Source of the DNA: an uncultured Clostridia bacterium | GTDB taxonomy: Bacteria; Bacillota; Clostridia; TANB77; CAG-508 | Direction: 5' to 3' | NCBI GenBank assembly: GCA_944388695.1 | Contig: CALXJT010000001.1 | Coordinates: 4,570-68,569 of the forward strand | DNA: 64,000 nt | Shown here: positions 59,962 to 64,000 of the stretch, piece after piece | How the letters are laid out: each line of letters begins with the position of its first letter | Position numbering within the stretch: position 1 is the first letter of the stretch | The notes under the pieces: generated by a model | What the model saw: the letters and a program-made list of their open reading frames with translations, nothing else | Told to the model about the DNA's origin: nothing | The model's database searches: none | Program-made: the position numbers and the translations under genes

Positions 59962-62190
59962 TTAAAATTTTTTATAACATATATTTAAATCAACTTTTCC
60001 TGATATTCCATTTATTCTTCCTTCACTACTATATTGCCAAATCGCATATTCTCTATCATATCCTGGTCCTAATGAAATATCTCTATATCTTGCAATCCAT
60101 GTATCAAATTCTGATAATTCTGACATATTTAATTTGTTATTTGCCCAATTTAAGTTTGTGTAAATTATTGGTGTGTAACCATAGTTTTGAATTGTTTGAC
60201 AGAATAATTCTGCTAAATATGTACGTGTTTCATTATCAAGATTTATTGTTCTTGGAATATCTCCTGGAGCTACTTTTGCAGCTTCAATATCTAGTGCTAC
60301 CGGATATTCTATATTGTATGCTCTTATTCTTTCGTAAACCCAATTTGCTTCTTCTATTGCTTCTTCTGGTGTTATTGCTTGTGTTACAAAATAAATTCCT
60401 ACTGGTATTCCTACTCTTTGAGCTTCTTCTATATTTCTTCTAAATTGAGAATCTTCTCTAAAGTTTCCTGCTTGTCCATATCCTCTGTATCCTATTCTTA
60501 TATATGCAAAGTCTATTCCAGAACTTTTTACGCCGTTCCAATCTATATTTCCATTAAATTGGCTTACATCTATACCTCTATATTCTCTTTTATATTTTGG
60601 TACTAAACGTATTCTTATTGCTTCTATTCTTCTGCTCTGACCAATAGTTCCTGCTGTTTCTCCATCAATATACCAATTTGACCAACCAATATTTTGCATA
60701 TGTACTTGGTATTCAACTGTATATTCATCCAAATTCTCTAATTTTATTTGAATTGCCTCTAATCTTAAGCTTTTCCCCTCTGTTCCTGCTACTTCTCCAT
60801 TTTCTTTCCAATTTTGCCATCCTGTACCTTGTATATGTGCTTTATATAATACTTTTGCATTTGAAGGTGCTCCAATTAAGTTAATTTTTAGTGCTTCTAG
60901 TCTTAATGACCTTCCTTCTGTTCCTGTTACTTCTCCATCATAAGAATCTTTTTGCCAGTCTAGACTTTGAAGATGTGCATTATATTCTATATGAAGTTTT
61001 CTATCAATATTTATTGTTAATATATATTCTCTTATATGATTGCCTTTTTCATCAGCTATAAACAGGTGAATATCTTTTTTACCATCTTTAAATTTCGATG
61101 CATCTATTGTAAATTCAAACCCTGGTTTTGGATTTTCATCTATTGTCCCATATCCTCTTATTTCATCTATTACATCTTGTCTTGCACTATAGCTTACGTC
61201 AATATTCTCTATCTTTTTATTGTCTATATATGCCTCAATTTTTGTATTGTAAACATTTGACATCTTCCATCCAGATATTGTTATTTTTTCAGGGCTATAT
61301 ACTGTAGAATTAAATTCTGGAGAATCTACATGTATTAGTCCTACTTTTTCTTTTGGTACTATCTTTATTTCTATAGCCTCTACTCTTAATTTTTGTCCTT
61401 CTGTTCCTGCTATTTCTCCATCTTGCTTCCATTCTTGCCATCCTAGATTTTGTATATGTACTCTATATTTGATAGAATAATCATTACTTTCTTTTAATTT
61501 TATTTTTATTGCCTCTAATCTTAAACTTTGTCCTTCAGTTCCTGCTACTTCCCCATTCTGCTTCCATTCTTGCCATCCTAAATTTTGTATATGTGCTTGA
61601 TATTCTATATTAAGATTTTTTAAATTTTCACCTAACTCAATTGTTATTGCTTCTAATCTTAAGCTTTTTCCAGTTGTCCCTGATGTTTTTCCATCATATC
61701 TTGTTTCTTGCCACCCATCTCCTTGAATATGTGCTTTATATGAGATAAGATTATTTGTATTACTTTTTTCTACTTTTTGATTTGTTTTATTTGTATTATT
61801 TTTATCGTTATCTTTTATTTCTTGGTTTTCTTCTACGTCATTATCTTCTAATATTTCATTAGTTGTAGAATTGTTATTGCTTGAATTGGTAGTTTTATTG
61901 GATTCATCTGTGTTTATATTGTTGATGTTATTTGAGTCTGTAATTTGATTTGAATCAATTTGATTTTCTTTTTCGTCTGTTTTATTTTCTGAACTATTAT
62001 TGACAGTATTTGATTCTTTATTTTCTTCTTTTTCTTCTGTTGACGTTTCCTCTGTTAGATTACCTGTTGTCACATTTTCTTTTTTGTTTTCATTAATGTT
62101 ATTGGTTGCATATATTACTGTATTAAAAACATTTATAAATAAAATTGATATTAATAAAATAGGTACTATTCTTGATTTTATTTTTTTCAT
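59962..62190 (-). CDS. Secreted cell-wall hydrolase with signal peptide, low-complexity linker, six ChW (clostridial hydrophobic W) repeats and a C-terminal GH25 muramidase domain.
   Basis: Repeats Y(K/Q/R)(A/V)H(I/L/M)Q..GWQ (six copies). GH25 start GIDVSQFNGNIDWNGVKSSGIDFAYIRIGYRGY. N-terminal IVPILLISILFINVF signal. Confidence 0.8.
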   Translation of the reverse strand: MKKIKSRIVPILLISILFINVFNTVIYATNNINENKKENVTTGNLTEETSTEEKEENKESNTVNNSSENKTDEKENQIDSNQITDSNNINNINTDESNKTTNSSNNNSTTNEILEDNDVEENQEIKDNDKNNTNKTNQKVEKSNTNNLISYKAHIQGDGWQETRYDGKTSGTTGKSLRLEAITIELGENLKNLNIEYQAHIQNLGWQEWKQNGEVAGTEGQSLRLEAIKIKLKESNDYSIKYRVHIQNLGWQEWKQDGEIAGTEGQKLRVEAIEIKIVPKEKVGLIHVDSPEFNSTVYSPEKITISGWKMSNVYNTKIEAYIDNKKIENIDVSYSARQDVIDEIRGYGTIDENPKPGFEFTIDASKFKDGKKDIHLFIADEKGNHIREYILTINIDRKLHIEYNAHLQSLDWQKDSYDGEVTGTEGRSLRLEALKINLIGAPSNAKVLYKAHIQGTGWQNWKENGEVAGTEGKSLRLEAIQIKLENLDEYTVEYQVHMQNIGWSNWYIDGETAGTIGQSRRIEAIRIRLVPKYKREYRGIDVSQFNGNIDWNGVKSSGIDFAYIRIGYRGYGQAGNFREDSQFRRNIEEAQRVGIPVGIYFVTQAITPEEAIEEANWVYERIRAYNIEYPVALDIEAAKVAPGDIPRTINLDNETRTYLAELFCQTIQNYGYTPIIYTNLNWANNKLNMSELSEFDTWIARYRDISLGPGYDREYAIWQYSSEGRINGISGKVDLNICYKKF

Positions 62191-63440
62191 TTATTTTCCC
62201 CCTCAATTTTTTCACTAATACTTCTTTTTTTTTCTTTCTTTAATTCATATATAAAGAAAATTGTTAGTATAATAAATAAAGCAAGCATTGTAATCATATT
62301 TGAACCAACTGCTCCAAACATACCATATTTACTTACAAATATGTTTGAGATAATTAATGCTAATATTGATGTTACAACATAAGCAATGGTTGTTAGTTTT
62401 TGTTTTCTTATTGTACTTAATGCATATAACATTACTGTTGAAGATGCATAAAAGAATCCAGATACAACAAGTAATAACATTTCTATTTTATATGGTGATA
62501 AGTCTATTCCATATATAAATGATAATACAGGAACTCCTAATAAGAAACATCCTAATTCTATTCCTAGAGTTGCTATTCCTAAAATTAGTACAATTTTAAA
62601 TATTGATTTTATGAAATTACCATAATCTTTTTTATTCCATAATTCTCCAAAGACTTTTAAAAATGGTTTTATTACAAATGCACTTACTAAATTTATAACA
62701 AATGTTGGCATATATATTACATTGAAATATGTTTGCATTGTATAATCACCAAAATTATCTATTGCATATTTTGTTGCATTTATAATATATAAACTAAGCA
62801 TTGTTGAAATTGCAAGTGGAAAGCAGTCTTTTAATATTTGGATTATATGTTCTTTATTAAATTCCCTTTGTACTTTTTGCATTTTTGATAATATTCTTTT
62901 GTCCCATAATAAGAATATTATCAAATTTGTAAGTACTAAAAATACACTTGAAAGTATTACATTTTTTGTTAATAAATCTACTATAAAGAAGACTAGTAAT
63001 GCTGAAAGTACTCTTATTGTCATTGACTTTCCACCTAAATCTAATCTTCCTTCTAACTGGAATTCTCCTTGATATGTTTCACTTAAATTATCTATTACTT
63101 TAAATAAAATTAATGCTACACATATCCATAACTTTTCTGCGGTATAACCAGTAGCTATTATAAAAATTAATCCTATAATTACCATTAAAGTTACTACTAC
63201 TACTCTTGATAATAGATAATCAGCAAATTTATATTTTCTGTTTGTATCTGTTACCTGATATATTCTAATCCCAAAGTCACCTATTGCATTTAAAATAGTA
63301 GCGGTTGCAAAACTGATTGAAAACATTCCAGCAATTTCTGTTCCATTTAATCGTGTACAAAACATTAATAAAACTGCACTTAATAATGATTCTACTAAAC
63401 TTCCTAATGTATTCCATATTAATTCGGATTTTTTTATCAT
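62187..63440 (-). CDS. Polysaccharide/oligosaccharide flippase (Wzx-like, MOP superfamily).
   Basis: 417 aa with about 12 TM helices, overlapping the neighbouring genes within a glycosylation cluster. Confidence 0.65.
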   Translation of the reverse strand: MIKKSELIWNTLGSLVESLLSAVLLMFCTRLNGTEIAGMFSISFATATILNAIGDFGIRIYQVTDTNRKYKFADYLLSRVVVVTLMVIIGLIFIIATGYTAEKLWICVALILFKVIDNLSETYQGEFQLEGRLDLGGKSMTIRVLSALLVFFIVDLLTKNVILSSVFLVLTNLIIFLLWDKRILSKMQKVQREFNKEHIIQILKDCFPLAISTMLSLYIINATKYAIDNFGDYTMQTYFNVIYMPTFVINLVSAFVIKPFLKVFGELWNKKDYGNFIKSIFKIVLILGIATLGIELGCFLLGVPVLSFIYGIDLSPYKIEMLLLVVSGFFYASSTVMLYALSTIRKQKLTTIAYVVTSILALIISNIFVSKYGMFGAVGSNMITMLALFIILTIFFIYELKKEKKRSISEKIEGENK

Positions 63441-64000
63441 CTTTTTCTCCTTTTAAATTCTATTGTTTCTGCTATATGTTTTGCAGTACTATCCCAGGAA
63501 AACTTTTTAACTACTTCTTCCTTAATATTTTTTCCCAATTTTATAGTTTCTTCTGGATTTTTTACTAGTTTTTCTATTTTTTCTTTAATTTCAGGCTCTT
63601 CAAATCCACAAATATATCCTATATTATCATTAGAAATTATTTCTGTTGTTCCACCCATTGGTGTTGCTACAACAGCACATTCCATCATTCCTGCTTCTAA
63701 TATTGATGTTGGTAATCCCTCTGAAAAAGATGATGGATTTACAAATATATTTGTTTTTCCTAAAAGTTTTAATACTTCATCATGTGATATTTTTCCTAAT
63801 ATAATTATATTTTCTTCATTGTTGTTTTCAGCTGTTATTTTTTCTAGAATAGGTCCTGAACCTGCCAAATTTAATTCTAAATTATTATATATTTTTTTCA
63901 AGTCTTTAAATATATTTATAAGTTTTAAAACTCCTTTTTCCTCTATCATTCTGCCAATATATGTAATTACAATTTTGTCTTTTTCTTTTTTTATGTATTG
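63437..64000 (-). CDS. GT1-family glycosyltransferase, 5'-partial (N-terminus lies beyond the window end).
   Basis: C-terminal GT1 motifs EGLPTSILEAGMMECAVVATPMGG. The frame stays open upstream to nt 64000, reading ...IGRMIEEKG. Confidence 0.7.
   Translation of the reverse strand, partial: QYIKKEKDKIVITYIGRMIEEKGVLKLINIFKDLKKIYNNLELNLAGSGPILEKITAENNNEENIIILGKISHDEVLKLLGKTNIFVNPSSFSEGLPTSILEAGMMECAVVATPMGGTTEIISNDNIGYICGFEEPEIKEKIEKLVKNPEETIKLGKNIKEEVVKKFSWDSTAKHIAETIEFKRRKR

Noticed and set aside
1-64000. Scan for tRNA, rRNA or tmRNA genes (GTTCGAATC-type T-loops, 16S/23S signatures).
   Set aside because: No convincing cloverleaf-compatible segment or rRNA-like conserved block was found. 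The TTCGAAT occurrences at 53311 belong to the extragenic repeat.

Overview
This window is a low-GC (roughly 25-30 % GC) chromosomal segment from a Firmicutes genome, Clostridium-like (ChW cell-wall repeats, yabP-yabQ-divIC sporulation genes, Bce-type peptide-resistance module). No rRNA, tRNA or CRISPR array is recognisable. Recognisable core genes are prfB (with its programmed +1 frameshift), a frameshifted aspartokinase, yabP-yabQ-divIC, rho, a class A PBP, pepF, a BceRS/BceAB-like two-component/ABC module with yxeA, and a minus-strand rfbBCAD (dTDP-rhamnose) / GT2 / GtrA / flippase / GT1 glycosylation cluster next to a ChW-GH25 autolysin. The most unusual element is the first 8.6 kb: a tightly packed five-gene plus-strand operon encoding a repeat protein, a degenerate vWA protein, a 508-aa helical protein, a canonical TerY-like vWA protein and a 1,564-aa protein with Zn-ribbon-like motifs and a eukaryotic-type Ser/Thr kinase-like domain. 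I could not match this operon to a described system, and it may be a kinase/vWA signalling or defence-like module. The middle of the window (about 29.9-39.3 kb) is a decaying accessory patch. It holds nucleotide-processing enzymes, gene remnants (mntP, vat, acetyltransferase, serine recombinase), a RhuM-Doc fusion and a class II Fic protein. The Fic genes sit between copies of an approximately 130-bp repeat, followed by a 1-kb AT-rich ORF-free stretch. A family of short extragenic repeats built around a GGGACACTC-TTTTTTG-TTCGGA core occurs at three separate intergenic sites.
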